Below, one piece after another: positions 63,271-64,000 of a DNA stretch of 64,000 nucleotides. The position numbers and the translations under genes were made by a program. Position 1 is the first letter of the stretch; each line of letters begins with the position of its first letter. Source of the DNA: Octopus sinensis. Its lineage: Eukaryota. The stretch lies in contig NC_043019.1 of the NCBI RefSeq assembly GCF_006345805.1, positions 28,271,360-28,335,359 on the forward strand. The letters run 5' to 3'. The notes below the pieces were generated by a model. The model searched no databases and was not told the DNA's origin. It was given only the letters and a program-made list of their open reading frames with translations.

Positions 63271-64000
63271 GATGGGCTTCTTACAGCTTTCATCTACTAA
63301 ATCCACTCACAAGGCTTTGGTCAGCCTGAGGTTATAGTAGAAGACACTTGCCCAAGGTGTTACGCAGTGGGACTGAACCTACAACCATGTGGTTGGGAAG
63401 CAAGCTTCTTACCACACAGCCATGCCTTTTTCCATATATAAGCCCTCTGTTGGTGAAGGTTTCCCATGTATTTGCACTTACAAAGTTCCTATCAAGTATA
63501 AAAAGTTGTACAAGATTTTGTTTCTCCAATAGAAAACATTCAACTACCATTGCTGTGAGTTTTCCCCTCTCTCCTCTTTATGCCATTGCAAGTTGTTCAA
63601 TGAAAAGGCGATGTTTGATGTAGCTTGACCCCATTATAATCACAAATGAACTCAGAAAGCAAAAAAGCTTGCAGTAATTGTATCTCGGTTTAGTTTCATT
63701 ATGAGTGAATTAGATAATTTGTTAATAAATATATTTGTAGACGAATAGGTTCTTCCACCACAGCCTGTGATCTTGTTGACAATAATATAATAATATAATA
63801 ATAATGAAATTATTGTATACAGTGCTCAGGTGCACCACAACTTGTCAGATAGTGCGTATAAAGTACATGCAGTAATGTAAAAATGTCTGGAAAGCGAACA
63901 ATGTATGAGTCAGATACATGTCTGTGTGTGTATGGAGGGGAGAAAATCAGGTGTAGTGTTGGCGAATCTCAGAAAGCATGGAAGTTTTGAAGGATGCAGT

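Overview
AT-rich, repeat-saturated animal genomic DNA. The SINE families and the microsatellite load point to an octopod cephalopod (inference). The window holds one recognisable host gene on the + strand. Its eight coding exons (20971-53672, all introns phase 0, GT-AG) splice into a 394-aa protein with an MGQAVS N-myristoylation-type start, about 7 ankyrin repeats (essentially one per exon) and an acidic low-complexity tail. At least one 5'-UTR exon lies further upstream and was not located. The 17-kb first coding intron contains a 9.2-kb array of about 350 copies of a 26-bp monomer that resembles an internal SINE subunit. The rest is transposon debris. Retroelements include dozens of tRNA-derived SINEs of four types, a CR1-group RT fragment with one nonsense codon, CR1 3' ends, RTE fragments and an L1/Tx1-like ORF1. 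DNA elements include a Tc1 transposase remnant with DD36E spacing, a non-autonomous Helitron and MITEs with piggyBac-, hAT-, Merlin- and Ginger-like ends. The most unusual signal is a set of perfect fold-back (snap-back) junctions at truncated retroelement ends, including a palindrome made of two LINE 3' tails. No CRISPR array, rRNA or genuine tRNA gene was found. Exon, TIR, TSD and hairpin coordinates were counted by hand; SINE and LINE fragment limits are approximate.
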